From assembly GCF_009914755.1 (NCBI RefSeq), contig NC_060927.1: a stretch of 64,000 bases of DNA. One strand, given 5' to 3'. The notes beneath the pieces are model-generated. The model had not been told where the DNA came from. It searched no databases and saw only the letters and a list, made by a program, of their open reading frames with translations. A program made the position numbers and the translations under genes. Source of the DNA: the human T2T-CHM13v2.0 reference genome, Homo sapiens. How positions within the stretch are numbered: position 1 is the stretch's first letter; every line of letters begins with the position of its first letter. Of the stretch, positions 1-12,956 are shown in pieces.

Positions 1-298
1 ACAGCCTGTAGCATGGTCCTGGAGTCTCCAGCAAGCCATCCAGGTGTCATCAGCACTGGGCCTTGCAACCCGGAGCCCTGCAACCCTGTGGTAGAGCTGC
101 ACAGGGATGGGGAGGATCGCGGGATTTAGAGTCAAGAGGACCTGTGTTCTGGGCCTGGGTCTTAGACAAATCCCTGATCCTGAGCCTGATTCTTCAGCTA
201 TAAACAGCATTTTTCATACTTATCAGATGGGTTTGGAGATTGAGCAAATATGAAGGTATAAAGACCCTCCTAAGATGGTAAGAAAGTATGTTATTGTT

Positions 299-602
299 GG
301 CCTGGTGAGGTGGCTCACGCCTGTGATCCCAGCACTTTGGGAGGCCGAGGCGGGCAGATCACGAAGTCAGGAGATCGCGACCATCCTGGCTAACATGGTG
401 AAACCCTGTCTCTACTAAAAAATACAAAAAATTAGCCAGGCGTGGTGGCGGGCTCCTGTAGTCCCAGCTACTCAGGAGGTTGAGGCAGGAGAATGGCGTG
501 AACCTGGGAGGCGGAGCTTGCAGTGAGCTGAGTTCGGGCCACTGCACTCCAGCCTGGGCGACAGAGCGAGACTCCATCAAAAAAAAAAAAAAAAAAAAAA
601 AA
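299..602 (+). mobile_element. AluY SINE, full length
   Basis: Both arms with AluY diagnostics (gagatcgcgaccatcctggctaacatgg, gaatggcgtgaacc, gcggagcttgcagtg), poly-A tail, 15-bp TSD aagtatgttattgtt at 284-298 and 611-625. Confidence 0.96.
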
Positions 603-1339
603 CTGAAAGCAAGTATGTTATTGTTAATAATTGTGATCATCATCTCAGTACCAGAGACCAGACCCTGAAGAAGACACCAGTGGGCTCTGATGGGGGGACT
701 CAAGGCTGTCACATAATCAGTACCAGCTCCTCTGAAAGAAAGAACTTCCACCCTCTGGATCTCAGATTGCTCACCTAAGTACCTGCTTTAGCAATCTGAA
801 ACTCTGAATTCCTCAACATTCCTGTGAGATAAGGAGGAGCAGAAACAGAAAAGGACTCTGGGAAGAGGCTTACTTCACAGGTCCAATAGCCACAAGACAT
901 TTGAGAAGCATAGATGGCTCTCTCTTTGCCCATCCTGCAACCCTGGATTCTACTTCAGCCATGCTGTTGGTGTATAATGCGTGCTAAGAGTCAACAACAA
1001 GTGCAGCTGGCTTCCTGATGCTACTGGGGCCTCCCTGAGTCCCAAACAGGCACTCAGGTATCACAGAGGCTGCCAACAAGCTGACAACTGGCTGGGCCAG
1101 CAAACAGACAGGGTAACTGCCTGTATACACAATTTAAGTCATGTGTATAGGCAGTTACCCTATATTCCTCCCACAGAGCCCCCAGATTTCACCATTACAA
1201 ACCTAGCGCTATTGGTGTTAGCACTATCCTTTCCCCAATCTCTCTTTAAAATGCAAAGATCCCAGCCATGCACGCTGTATTAAGCCCTAAGTTCTGAGAC
1301 TTCTCCTGCCTCCACAGCTGTATCTTTCCAGTCTCCCTT

Positions 1340-2780
1340 GTGAAGGCCTTTTTTGTCAATCCATCCCCTTACTCCTTGTCTTCTGAGATGACAACATTCA
1401 CAGCCACAGCTTTACCTACCACCTACATGTGTGGGCATCCGAATCCAAGTCTCCAGCCCAGATTCCTCTCCTTGTTTCCAGGCCCATACATTCCTCTGCT
1501 TCCCAGACACCTGGCGACCCATAATGAACACCTCAAATCAACATGTCCATTGGGCAAGGCTTCATCCGTCCCCTCCTCTCCCAGATGCTCCCTCAGGGGC
1601 CCCTTTTTATCCATGGATGTCAGACACCTGGGAGTCTTGTGTTGACTCTCCCCACCAATCAGATCCTTCCACTTGTCTCGATTCACCTGCTTTGTTCAGG
1701 TCTAACTATATTCCACCTAGCACCACTGCAATATCCTACTGAATGGTCCCCCTGGAATCCATTCTCCACAGCACAGGCAGAATGCAAGTCTGCTGCTGTC
1801 ACTCATGTGCTCACACACCTTTGATGACTCCCCATGAGCTGTGGACCATAGCCCACGCCCCAGGAGCTCCATCCTTTGACCCTAGCCCACCTCCTCCACC
1901 TCTTCTCGCACCTCAGCACCCTTCCTCTGTGCTGTGAGCCTCCATTCATAAAACCTATTCGCAGTTCCCAGATCTGGGCGCTTATGTGCATGCTCTAGCT
2001 CTTTCTAGAATGTTCTTTCTTATCTACTGCATGGGGCTACCTCTTACTTCTCCTTATTGACTCATGTCAAGAGCCTCCTTTCCCCTTGCCCCCAGTGGTA
2101 GACTAAATAACATCCCCCAAAGATATCTAGTTCCTGATCCATGAACCTGTAAATGTCACCTTAAAGGGCAAAAATAGCTTTACAGATGTGATTAAGGATC
2201 TTGTGACGGGGAGATTATCCTGGGTTACCCACTTGGGACCTAAATGCAATTACATGTATTCACGTAAGAGGAAGGTGGAAAAGAGTAGACACAGAAGAGG
2301 CGGGGGCAATGTGACCATAGAGGCAGAGACTGGAGTGATGCAGCCATAAGCCAAGGAGTGCTGGCTGCCACCAGAAGCTGGAAGACCAAGGAATAAATCC
2401 TCCCCTGGAGCCTCTGGAGGGAGGCCTGACACCTTGATTTTGACCCAGTGAAACTGATTTCAGATTCTGGGCTCCAAAAGTGTAAGAATAAATTTCTGTG
2501 ATTTTATGCCACCAGGTCTGTAATAGCTTGTTAATTTGCAGGCCCAGGAAGTTAATCCACCCCACTAGACTGGACTAGGCCTCTCCTGAGTGCTTCCAGA
2601 GCCCCTGTGTGTCACCATGACCCTTGTCATGTAATGTGAATACCTGTCCACTTGTCTGCATCTCCCCAACACACTGCACTGGGACTCTTTGAAACAGGGA
2701 CTTTTTGATCTGTATCTTCAGGGATTATCATGTAAGGGGCTTGAATAAATGTTGGTTGAAAAATGCAATGAATAAATATC
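1340..2780 (+). mobile_element. L2 LINE 3' relic, interrupted by MLT1 LTR
   Basis: L2-like ctccagcccagattcctctcc...cacctcaaatcaacatgtcca; L2 3' terminus aataaatgttggttgaa...aatgaataaat at ~2745-2778. Confidence 0.7.
2095..2560 (+). mobile_element. MaLR solo LTR (MLT1B/C-like)
   Basis: cccccaaagatatc...gaacctgtaaatgtcacctta...gaggcagagactggagtgatgcagcc...gccaccagaagctggaaga...aataaatttctgtg. Confidence 0.85.
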
Positions 2781-2964
2781 ATCGCTCACTGCCTGGCCTG
2801 ACCCAGGACAATTCAACCCAGCTTAAATTCTTTGTCACTATATTGGGACCAATTCCCTCACCTTGGACCCCAAATACCAACTATTTGATGAATTGTGATG
2901 AAGACTCCTGCCCTGGACTTACCCTCTTAGTTATATTTCCAGAGTCAGTCTCTACAGCTCAGCA

Positions 2965-3158
2965 TAAGCTCTGCTCCAGGGTGCTTAAGAATCACCCAGA
3001 GAGCCTGTCAATCATGCAACTTCCTGGACCCTCGCCCCAGAGAGTCTGAACAAAAGGTCTATGAATCTATGTTGTAAGGTCTGTCCCACCCCATCTCACT
3101 CCCCCCCACAGTCATGTGATTCTAATTCAGAGGAACTAAGACCTAAGCTTTGAGAAAA
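2965..3158. mobile_element. MER5-like hAT MITE relic
   Basis: agaatcacccagagagcctgt...ctggaccctcgccccagagagtctga...gtgattcta...tttgagaaa. Confidence 0.55.
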
Positions 3159-4434
3159 ATGTGTCCAAGTGCCTGTCCTGCCCTTCTGGATATTGTCCCA
3201 AGCCCCAGCTCACCACGTCATTTCCTCTCTATCTGCCTGGGCTATGGTGAACTGACCCTCACACCCTGTACCCAAATTTCAGAACAAGCTACTGCACACC
3301 ACAGAATCACAGGTTAATTAATAAGCTCATGTGCGGGTCCAAAGAATCTAAGTTCAGGAATTTGGAGTTTCTATAACTAGACCAGCAGGGAATTGAACTG
3401 TGGACGCTGTTGGCTGCCTCTTGGCAGCCATCTTACTCCATCCTTACCGAAGCCTGAATGTGTTCAGGTCTTAACCTCTCAATATCACTCATGAGTGACT
3501 CAGGGAAGATGTGTGGGCTTTGACTGCTGTAAACCACAATGGAGAGTCTATTAATCTTCTGGTCAATGAAGTCCAAGGAAAAGCTTCCTGGGGGATTTCT
3601 AAGTCTCTTAATATAAAACCTTGAAAAACAGTCTTTCGTCTAAGAGTACAGCCCCTGCTGCCATTGGCCGCTGTCCTCTGACCGAGAGCAAAACCAGCCT
3701 TGGATGCAGCTGACATTGGGTTAAGAGAATGGAGACGTGGAATGATTCCGGAGCTGGAAGACATGATTCTGCTGTTAGAAGAGCAAATCCCAAGCCCTGT
3801 CGTGCCCCTCAACTTCCTCTAGTGCAGTTCTGTGTCACTGAAATATCCCAACATCCAATTCTTATCAGCTGAAAGGGCTATATCTTGGGAAGCCCTGTCC
3901 CCATGACGTATACAGATGATTGATCGAAGGTCTAGAGGCAGAGATAAATGTAACAGTGTTGCTTGAATTATATATCATTGAGATGGCTGATGGCTGATGG
4001 TTGAACATCCCTGCTCTTGGGAGGTTTATTCCTAAAGGGACCCGGCACAATCACACCTGTCATGTTGGTTCTCACTTCTTGCATCCCATGGCCATGGTGC
4101 CATCTAAGGGTCTGTATTTGAAGTTCAAATGAATTATGTCACCAACTTATAGGAAGTTATGTGAAGAGCAGGGTCTCTACTTTACTCGATGGTTTTAGGA
4201 AAGTGGAAAGGAGATATCAGCTTCGAGGTTGTGACCACAGATACGGTTGAGTAATACTTTCCCAGGAGTGCTTGCTAGGTGAGCTTGAGAAAGTCACCTC
4301 AAAATAGCAACACTCCTTTGCTGGTGGAGCCCAGCAAAAAGGGAAGATTCAGACAAGGAGAGTCAGGCAGAGGCAGATCCCACCCTTACCTGGCCTTCCT
4401 GCTGTTCTTCCATGCAGCTGGTGAAAAGAATTGT

Positions 4435-4640
4435 AAAACAGCATGATGGTAGAGACTGGACTTCCAGAGTTGGATGTTCATGGATCAGGATCATGCCTCC
4501 ACCCCTGGCTGGTTTAAAGTCTCTGAGCTTAAGTTTCTAATCTATGAAATTGTGGCAATTTCCTGTGACTGATGCAAGAATGAAATGCACTGATCTTAGC
4601 TCATTGACACATAGTAGGCACTAAATAAATGGTGGCTTTT
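4435..4640 (+). mobile_element. MIR SINE
   Basis: MIR core ctctgagcttaagtttctaatctatgaaat and 3' end gacacatagtaggcactaaataaatggtggct. Confidence 0.7.
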
Positions 4641-5439
4641 GTTTTGATGTGTATTTTGATTGCTTGTTCTTATTCTTGGAGAAGAATGTTTTAAATGCAC
4701 AGAACATGGTACTCCTCAAGCATTCTGATTGAACTAAGAGTTATCAATGACTTTCTGGAACAGCATCCAGGCCAAATCATCATTGCACCAGGGGCACTGT
4801 GAATTGCCAACTGTCTGGGCTCTGACTAAACACTTAAAAGAAAAGATGGCCTAGAGCTGGAACCCAATGAAGTGAGGCAGAGAATTGCACAACCGGGCAG
4901 AGAAGGAGGAATTCTAACAGCTATGGGCAGCAATGACAGAGCCATAAGCCTTCTGGAGCTATGCTAAAACTCCCATGGAAGGTGCTGGTCATTTCATCAA
5001 GCCGTAGGTGGTCAGACAGCACTGAGTCCCACCCACTCAGTATAGACTCCAGGATCCAGGAGTCCAGAGAAGGGAGGGGACTCTCTCAAAGACACACAGG
5101 GAATAGGGGGCTATGCTAGCATTAAAACTGAGGGCTCCTGACACCCAAGTCTATTGCTCCAATCCTTGAGGGAATCCTGACTAAATGTGTTGCATTTGCT
5201 ATGACAGATCATATTTCTCCAGATTTATGTGTTTACTTGAACTAAAGTGTCCTTTCCACAGTCATGGGGCAAAATCGTGGAGGAGGCACAGGAAGCCTGT
5301 TTGTCCTCAGCCTCCTTTTCTCATTCCTCTCCAGCCTTCCCTTCCCTCCTCCTCATTCGCAGCTATCATCAGTCATACAGGGTTCCCCAGCTGCCCAGTC
5401 TCAGCCCCCCACCTTGTTTCCGTCCTAGTGTTATCACAG

Positions 5440-5592
5440 TCTGTGATTATTTTATGGGTTGTTGACTTATTTTCTGTCTCTCTGTCCCCTACGTTGTTGT
5501 AAGCTCCATAAAGGCAGGGACTTCATTCAGGAACATAGTCCCAGTGCCTGGCACAGGGTAGTCACTCCATAAATATTTGTTCAAGGAACCAA
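5440..5592 (+). mobile_element. L2 3' end
   Basis: tgtaagctccataaaggcagggac...cccagtgcctggcacagggtagtcactccataaatatttgtt. Confidence 0.7.
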
Positions 5593-6189
5593 CCAACAAA
5601 CTCACTTACATGGAGGTGATAGACCCTTACTCTATTCCCTCCTGTGGTGTAACGTAAATTGCAAGACGGAAGCCTCAGGAAAAGTAGGAATGAACTGGGA
5701 GGAGGGAACTAAGATATCCTGAGCACTTTCTAAGGGCAAGGCACTGAGCAAAGTAATTAAGGTACTTTATCCATGACAATGGCCATGCATGATAGACCCT
5801 CTGTGACAGATTAATGCAATTGATGCAATTGACCAAAAGCAATCCATCTACATTGAAGGAACTTAAGGAATGGGAGAAATAAAAAAGATTTTTGAGTCTG
5901 AGGTGGAATCTTCCTGGTTCCTCTCTTAGCACACTTCATAGGCAATACTTATACTGCCTGTCCGTAGGAAGAGCCTGCTTTGAACACCATGGCTCCTTAG
6001 TAATGGCCAAAGGAACTGTCATGATCCAGGCAGGTAGTTTTCAAGCCCGGGGAAGCTTTGTGCAATTTTCCCTACAGACATCCTTTGTTAAAATCAACAG
6101 AATTAAGTTACTGCATCTTAAGTAGACCCTTTATTCTAGACAAAAAAAAATTCTAGGAACTTTAAGGACATCATCTTATAGCTGTCTGG

Positions 6190-6930
6190 ACAAACCCAAA
6201 GTAGCTGTGAATAAGTCTAAAGAGAGGGTCATATCTCAAAGAAAATTGGCATGACTTTTGTCAAATAGGTTGGACTTGAATCAGATTTATAGGAAACCCA
6301 CATGGTTTTTAATGGAGCTGAATATGTAAAAGTGCTACCAGCCTACATTAAGATGTGGACTGAAATCTAAGGTGGCTCAAATATAAGAGGGCTTCTGGTC
6401 CCCAACTTTCTACAGAAAGGAATCAAATTGAGAAAGCTACCCAGCTGCAAATGAGGCCAGTCTTGGTAATCCCAAAAAGTGGCCTCAAAAGACAGAGGTA
6501 AAAAACAGACTGAGAAGTCACTCCCACGGAGCAGAGTTTAGGTCTAATCAAGGAATATTTCCTCCTCTTCAGTAGGAAAACCTGTTAATATTAGCCCAGC
6601 TGGATTTCAGTAGTGCTATAGACCAGTGAGTGTTATTTGCTTCTTATTTCCCCCTTCTGAATAAAAGTTTTCATTACATCTACACTTTACCTGTCTCACC
6701 AATGTGTTTTAGTGAGGTGTGGGTCAAGTCACTTATCTTCTTCATTCAGGGGTCTTCAAGTGAAGAGGAGCCACATTTGAAAAGTCTCATTGGAAACTGA
6801 GAGAGATCATGAGATCCAAGCTTGACTCCAAGTTTGATGTCATAGTTCAGTGAGAATTTTGTGGGGTACTGGAATGGGAGTAGGTATATTTGCATTTGGG
6901 AAGAATGTGAATAACTCCGGCCAGAGAATT
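6190..6930 (+). mobile_element. MaLR internal sequence (MLT1-int), 3' part
   Basis: cccagctggatttcagtagtgctatagaccagtga...gaggagccacat...gtatatttgcatttgggaagaatgtgaataactccggccagag matches the MLT-int 3' end that precedes the 3' LTR. Confidence 0.75.
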
Positions 6931-6934
6931 CAAT

Positions 6935-7761
6935 TTAATAAATTGGGGAAAAAATTTCCACAATCCCTCATTCCTTCCTCTGTCTATGCCATTTTGTAGT
7001 GCTACTCTGCATCATCAATGGAATCTATTTCCCCATCCTTGACTCTTGGCTGGCCTTGTGACATATTCTGACCATTTGTACACTTCCAGTCTCTCTCTTA
7101 GAATCCTGATACCACCATATGTCTTAGTTGTTCAAGCTGCTATGATAAAATACCACAGACTCAGTAGTTTAGAAACAATAGAAATTTATGTCTCACAGTT
7201 CTGGAAGCTGGAAGTCCAAGACCAAGGTGCTCCCATTGGTGTCTGGTGAGAGCTGCTCTCTGCTTTCAAGATGGTACCTTTTTGTTTGTCCTCATCTGGT
7301 GGAAGGCAAACTCTCTAAAACCTTCTTTCCTAAGGTCATTAACCCATTCATGAGAGTGGGGCCTTAATGGTCTAATCAACTTCCAAAGGCCCCACCTCAT
7401 AAGACCACCACAACGGGGATCAAATTTCAACATGAATTTTGGAGGGGACACATTCAAACATAGCACCATGTAGACAAGCCCTGGTGTGCATACTGAATAA
7501 TCTTAAAAGACATGTGACCCAGTCAGCTCCTTTGTCCCAGCTGACATCCAGACAATTGTCAGACACGTGAATGAGATGATCCCAAACCAGCTAGCCCCCA
7601 GCAGACCTTCCAGCCAGCCACAAATGCATGAGCAAGGCTGAGATCAACTGTGTCTGACCAGCTCAACAGCAGTGCTTATGTGACATGTGAACAATGAGCA
7701 GTAATAAATGGCCAGTAAGTTTAGCAGTGGTTTGTTACACAGCAAAAGCTAACAGATATAC
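6935..7761 (+). mobile_element. MLT1G/H-like 3' LTR of the MaLR element, split by a younger LTR
   Basis: ggaatctatttccccatccttgactcttggctggccttgtgac... resumes at 7466 and ends gtggtttgttacacagcaaaagctaacagata. Confidence 0.75.
7120..7465 (-). mobile_element. MLT1A/MST-type solo LTR nested in MLT1 LTR
   Basis: TG..CA termini (tgtcttagt...aaacatagca); aaaataccacagact, ctcacagttctggaagctggaagtccaaga; 5-bp TSD ccata/ccatg. Confidence 0.88.
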
Positions 7762-8084
7762 TATTCTTCAGCTTTTCCTTTCTGTTGTGCAACCTATATA
7801 TTGAGTCTGTTATTCCAATAATTAGGTTTTCCTAATTATCTTCATCACTGGTTCTCCCTGCCTCATGCTTTAACAGCCTTCCTTCCTTCTTTGAGGGTTT
7901 ATATTATGCGTATTTTTGTCTTGTTTTGTCTCATCCACTAATTCTGCTTCCTCTGGCTGAGATGCAGCTTGGCAGGCTGCAGTGAGGCAGTGAGCACGGT
8001 CTGAGATGGCCTGGGGCAAATGCAAACACACTTGGGAATGGAAGGATAGAGGCTAGTGCTTGGCATCCTAAATCACCAGTGCTA

Positions 8085-8240
8085 GAAGAGATCTAGGCCA
8101 GCACTTTCATTTTATAAGTGAGAAAACCGAGACCTAGAGAGGAGAAATAATTTGCTCAAACTCATGTAGCAAGTTAGTGACAGAGCTGAGTCTAGAATCT
8201 AGGTTTTTTCATCTCCAGCTAATCTCTTCCCACTACCCAC
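8085..8240 (-). mobile_element. MIR SINE
   Basis: cattttataagtgagaaaaccgagacctagagagg...aagttagtgacagagctgagtctagaatctagg. Confidence 0.7.
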
Positions 8241-8269
8241 TGCTTTATCTCCAATTTCTAAGATTTTGG

Positions 8270-9135
8270 AATCTTTGCTGGACCCCTTTTCACTTGGTTC
8301 TACAGGCTTCTGAGCCCCCAGATGTCCCCCTAATGCGTGCCACCCACTTCCAAACTTTATGACCTTCCTTGGATTCTAATCAGCCTGATCTCTTCACTGG
8401 TACCTTGACCTCCCACTGCTTCCCAATTTCTATACTGGAAGTTTTGCCATCCCTTTTGCCTGGGATGCCACACCCTCTCATCCTTACTCAGTCAATCCTG
8501 TGCATCCTTCAAGTCCCAGCTCAAACACTCTTCTTCATTTGCCTTCCTCATTCCAGTTTCCGCTCTCCCTATCCATTCTCTCTGCTCTGACCTTTTGGAA
8601 CCTAAAACACGAATCAGATCACATTACTCCCTGCTGAAATGTTTAAATGACTTCTGATGCCCTGAGGTGAAGGCTCCCACAACTTCTCACTGTGAGTTAA
8701 GGGCCTGGTCCCTGCCTGCCTTCCTGGCCTTCTTCCTTCTCATCCTCCATCCTGTCCCTGAACTCTAGTCATGCCAGTCATCATCTTCCAAACTTCCTGT
8801 GCTCTCCATGTCGCCCCAACTTTTCATATATCCTTCTCTCTTATCCTGATAATAAACTTCTACACCAAATTCATGTCCTCTGATAATCCATTCATTACTC
8901 CCTCTGAGAGTCCCTGTATCCTGTTGTTCCCCAATTCAGTGCTTGAAAACATACCTTGACCACCACATATATCACACGGTACTGGAGCTGTTTAATTAAC
9001 CAACTCCCTTATTCAGCCTAAGGCCAGGGGAGGCATCTCTTCAACCCTGAATTCCCCAGTGCTTAGCACAATACCTACCACATGGCAGAGGCTTTGAAAT
9101 ACTACATGAATAAATGAATGGAAGAATAAATGGAT
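8270..9135 (+). mobile_element. L2 fragments
   Basis: cagatcacattactccctgctgaaa...; 3' end ccccagtgcttagcacaatacct...tgaataaatgaatg. Confidence 0.6.
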
Positions 9136-9244
9136 GAACGAGTAAACAGATGGCCTTGTCGTATTGTTTAACACTATATGAATAAATGAACGGAAGAATA
9201 AATGGATGAATGAGTAAACAGACGGCCTTGTCGTATTGTTTAAC
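9101..9244 (+). repeat. 72-bp tandem duplication (2 copies)
   Basis: 9101-9172 and 9173-9244 differ at only 4 C/T positions. Confidence 0.95.
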
Positions 9245-9879
9245 TTGTCAAATGTGAAATTTCTGTTTCCAAGGTGAAAAATAAATTCCAAGCATTCAGG
9301 AAAGAGGCCAGCATGTCTCTCCCACTTCTACAATGCCTAGCAATAGGGCCGGGAACAAAGTAAGGGCTGAGTAAAGACCCATCAATGGCTGACTCCCTGG
9401 CTTATTGTCCTGTCCTTGGTTCAGTTTCATTAGAGGGAAGAAATGCTCTTTATGGCTTCTTTCTCCTTCCTTCACCCCTGGCCAGTCAAGCCCAGGCTAT
9501 TGCAAAATCATTTTTTAGAAATTAATCTCAGCAAAGGAGCAAATTATTTTGCCCTTAGTCATCAGAACTGGCCTGGTTCCCTGAGGGTGAGAGTGAAATA
9601 AACCTCTCTCTCTGCAGAGCGGACTATGAAGAGAGATTGGCTACTCCTGGAAGACTGGTTGGATGGTTTTGATGATGGAGTTTACCAAGGAAAGCAAGGA
9701 ATCATCTATTGGTGAACAAGGTTCTGAATCAGTCCCTGGATTGTGTCCTAGAGGAATAACGAGAATCATCAGATGTGGACTCTGTCCTCTAAAGCTTCCA
9801 GTCCAGAGGCGAGAAAAGAAACGTGGATATGAAAGTATAAAATCAAAGCTATAAAGTGCCACAAGAATGACTCGCTCCA

Positions 9880-10075
9880 TAATTCAACCGACATTTTGTT
9901 AGCATTTACTATGTGCTTGTGTGCTGGGCATTGGGGGATGCATAAGTGAATATATGATTTCCTTCTACAAAGGGACTATGAAATAAAGGGAGAGGAAAAG
10001 GGATGCCTTATGATGGGGAGTGGGGAATGATCCTACCCTTGAAAACTGGGTAGGAATTTAGCAATTAGAAATTGG
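9880..10075 (-). mobile_element. L2 3' end
   Basis: attcaaccgacattttgttagcatttactatgtgc...gtgctgggcattggggatgcataagtgaat. Confidence 0.65.
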
Positions 10076-11059
10076 ACTATTCCAAATGCGGTTGGAAGAA
10101 AACTCCTATGATAACCCCAATTAATGCAGTAAGAGCATTTAATAAAATTCGACTTACTTTCATGTTAAAAACAAAAACACTTAACCTAGAAATAGTAGGG
10201 GGCATTTGATTAACGTGATAAAGTGCTTCTACAAGAAGTTACAGAGGGCATTATAATTAATGTTGAAATATTGAAAGCATTCCCCTGAAAATCAGGAGCC
10301 TGAAAGTTAAGGATGTATGCTAATATCAACTTCTATTCTACACTTAACTAGAAGTCCTAAATGGTACAGAAGATTAAAAAGTAAAGATATATGGATTGTA
10401 AAGGAAGAAACAACACTATCATTATTTGCAGATAATACGTCTGTCTGCAAAGAAAACTCCAAAGAACTCTCAGGTAAATCATTAGAATTACTAAGATAAT
10501 TTAGTAAGGTTGCTCAGTCCAAAATAGACAAAAATAATTTCATTTTTATATACAAGCATCAGGCAAAAAGTGACTTTTTTATTTAAAAAAAAAAGATATT
10601 TACCATAGCAACAAAAATAGGTACCTAGAAAAAAAATAACAAAAAAAGGAAGCTCTTTATAGAGAGTATGATAAAACCTTATTAAGAAATATATTAAATA
10701 AGACCTAAGTATGTGGAGACATAAACCCTATCCGTGGAAGGAATTGTAAATATGTCAGCTCTCTTCCAATTGATCTAGAGACTCATTGCAACTCCCGTCA
10801 CAATTCCAACAGAGTTCTTCATGAATACTGGCAAGCTGATTCTGAAATATAAATGGAAGAACAAAAGGCAGGGAATGGCCAAGACATTCCTGAAGAGGAA
10901 AAACAAGGTGATGATTCTTGCCCTCTCAAATATGAAAATATATTTAAAGCTTTAATACTTAAAGCAGCGTGGAGTGCTGCAAATAGATCAGTGGCACAGT
11001 ATGGAGAGAGATCTTGTACCTACCCATGCATTTATGGAAAATAGATTTATAACCATGCA

Positions 11060-11589
11060 GGTGTGCTTGATGGTTTATTTGTTCACCCAGATGCAGTCTC
11101 CAACCTGCTCCACTCAGTTCTGTACTCCAGAGCAGACCTCTGTGGCCTGCATTGGTGGGTTCCCTGCCCTCTGGCTTCCAGCTGGGTTATGGTGGATTTA
11201 CCACCAAATCTACAGGAGGGACAGCATGAGGTTGAGCAGACAGGTGTTTAGTCCTCTGGCCAACTCTGTCTCTCCTGGGTCAAGGTGATTGGTATGTTTC
11301 TCTGTGGAAGTCTCCCCTTCTATTTGGAGGTCTTCCTCCACTCCTCCCTCTGGGTCCAGTAACTCCTGCCTTTCCTTGACTCTCAAGGTTAGAAGTGGTA
11401 AGGGTTTCAGCTCTTGCCAGTTGAAACTGCTTCATCACCTATTAGTGATGCTTCACTAATAGGTGCTTCATCACCTATTAGTTTCCCTTACCTCAGCCTC
11501 TCCTTTGTAAATACTGCCTTTTTTAAACTCTCTTTAATGTTAATGTTTGAGTGTGCCTTCTGTTTCTCGCCAGTACCCTGATTGATACA
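11060..11589 (+). mobile_element. ERVL solo LTR (LTR16C-like)
   Basis: ccctgccctctggcttccagctggg...; terminus gtttgagtgtgccttctgtttctcgccagtaccctgattgataca. Confidence 0.75.
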
Positions 11590-11925
11590 GGCAGTCCTGC
11601 AGATTGGTGAGGAAAAGAAGGCTCATTCAGTAAACTGTGCTAGGAAAACTGATGACTCATGAGGGAAGAAAATTATAAACACAAAAATCAGTTCCTCAGA
11701 CCTCAGTATAAGAAAATATACTAAGATAAGAAAGTATGAGAAAGGATTTTATAAACAAGATATATAAATACACCAACTGTAAAGGAACAGGTTAATAATA
11801 TTCAATACATTAAAATTAAGGACTTCTGTTCATCAAAAGCAACTTGAAAGGAGTGAAAAGACAGTTCACAAACTTGGAGAAGACATTTGCAAAACTTAAA
11901 GCCAACAAATAATTGTTACTTAGAC

Positions 11926-12430
<505 letters not shown>

Positions 12431-12484
12431 TATCTAGAATATAGAACAGCTCCTAGAAATCACTAAGAAAAAAAGCAAATAGCC

Positions 12485-12956
12485 CACAATGGTTAATTTT
12501 ATGTATCAACTTGACTGCACCATGGGGTGCCCAGACCAAACACTGCTTCTGAGTGTGTCTGTGAGGGTTTTCCAAGATAAGATTAGTATTTGAATCAGTG
12601 GACCCAGTAAAGTAGATTGCCTCCTCAATGTTGGTGGGCATCATTCAACCCATTGAGAGCCTAGATAAACAAAAAAGGCAGAGGAAGGAGGAATTTTTGC
12701 TTAATGTCTTTGACTGAGCTGAGACAACTGCCTTCTCCTGCCCATAGACTAGTATAAAACTATCAGCTCTCCTAGTACTCAGGCCTTTGGACTCAGAATG
12801 GAATTACACCACCAGCTTTCCTGGGTCTTCAGCTTGTGGACAGCAGATCATGGGACATTTCAGTCTCTGTAAACATGTGAGCCAATTCCTCACAATAAAT
12901 CTCTCCCTATGTATCTCCTATTTGTTCTGTTTCTCTGGAGAACCCTGACTAATACA
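12485..12956 (+). mobile_element. MLT2 (ERVL) solo LTR, MLT2D-like
   Basis: atggttaattttatgtatcaacttgactg...ttctctggagaaccctgactaataca; 5-bp TSD tagcc at 12480-12484 and 12957-12961. Confidence 0.9.

Noticed and set aside
359-751. 130-aa ORF and similar ORFs (11916-12290, 19907-20323, 45926-46402, 49329-49742, 52652-52966)
   Set aside because: Translations of Alu sequence ([23 protein letters not shown]); not genes.
3489-3812. 107-aa minus-strand ORF in apparently unique sequence
   Set aside because: No homology I can recognise, no supporting splice structure, low-information composition.
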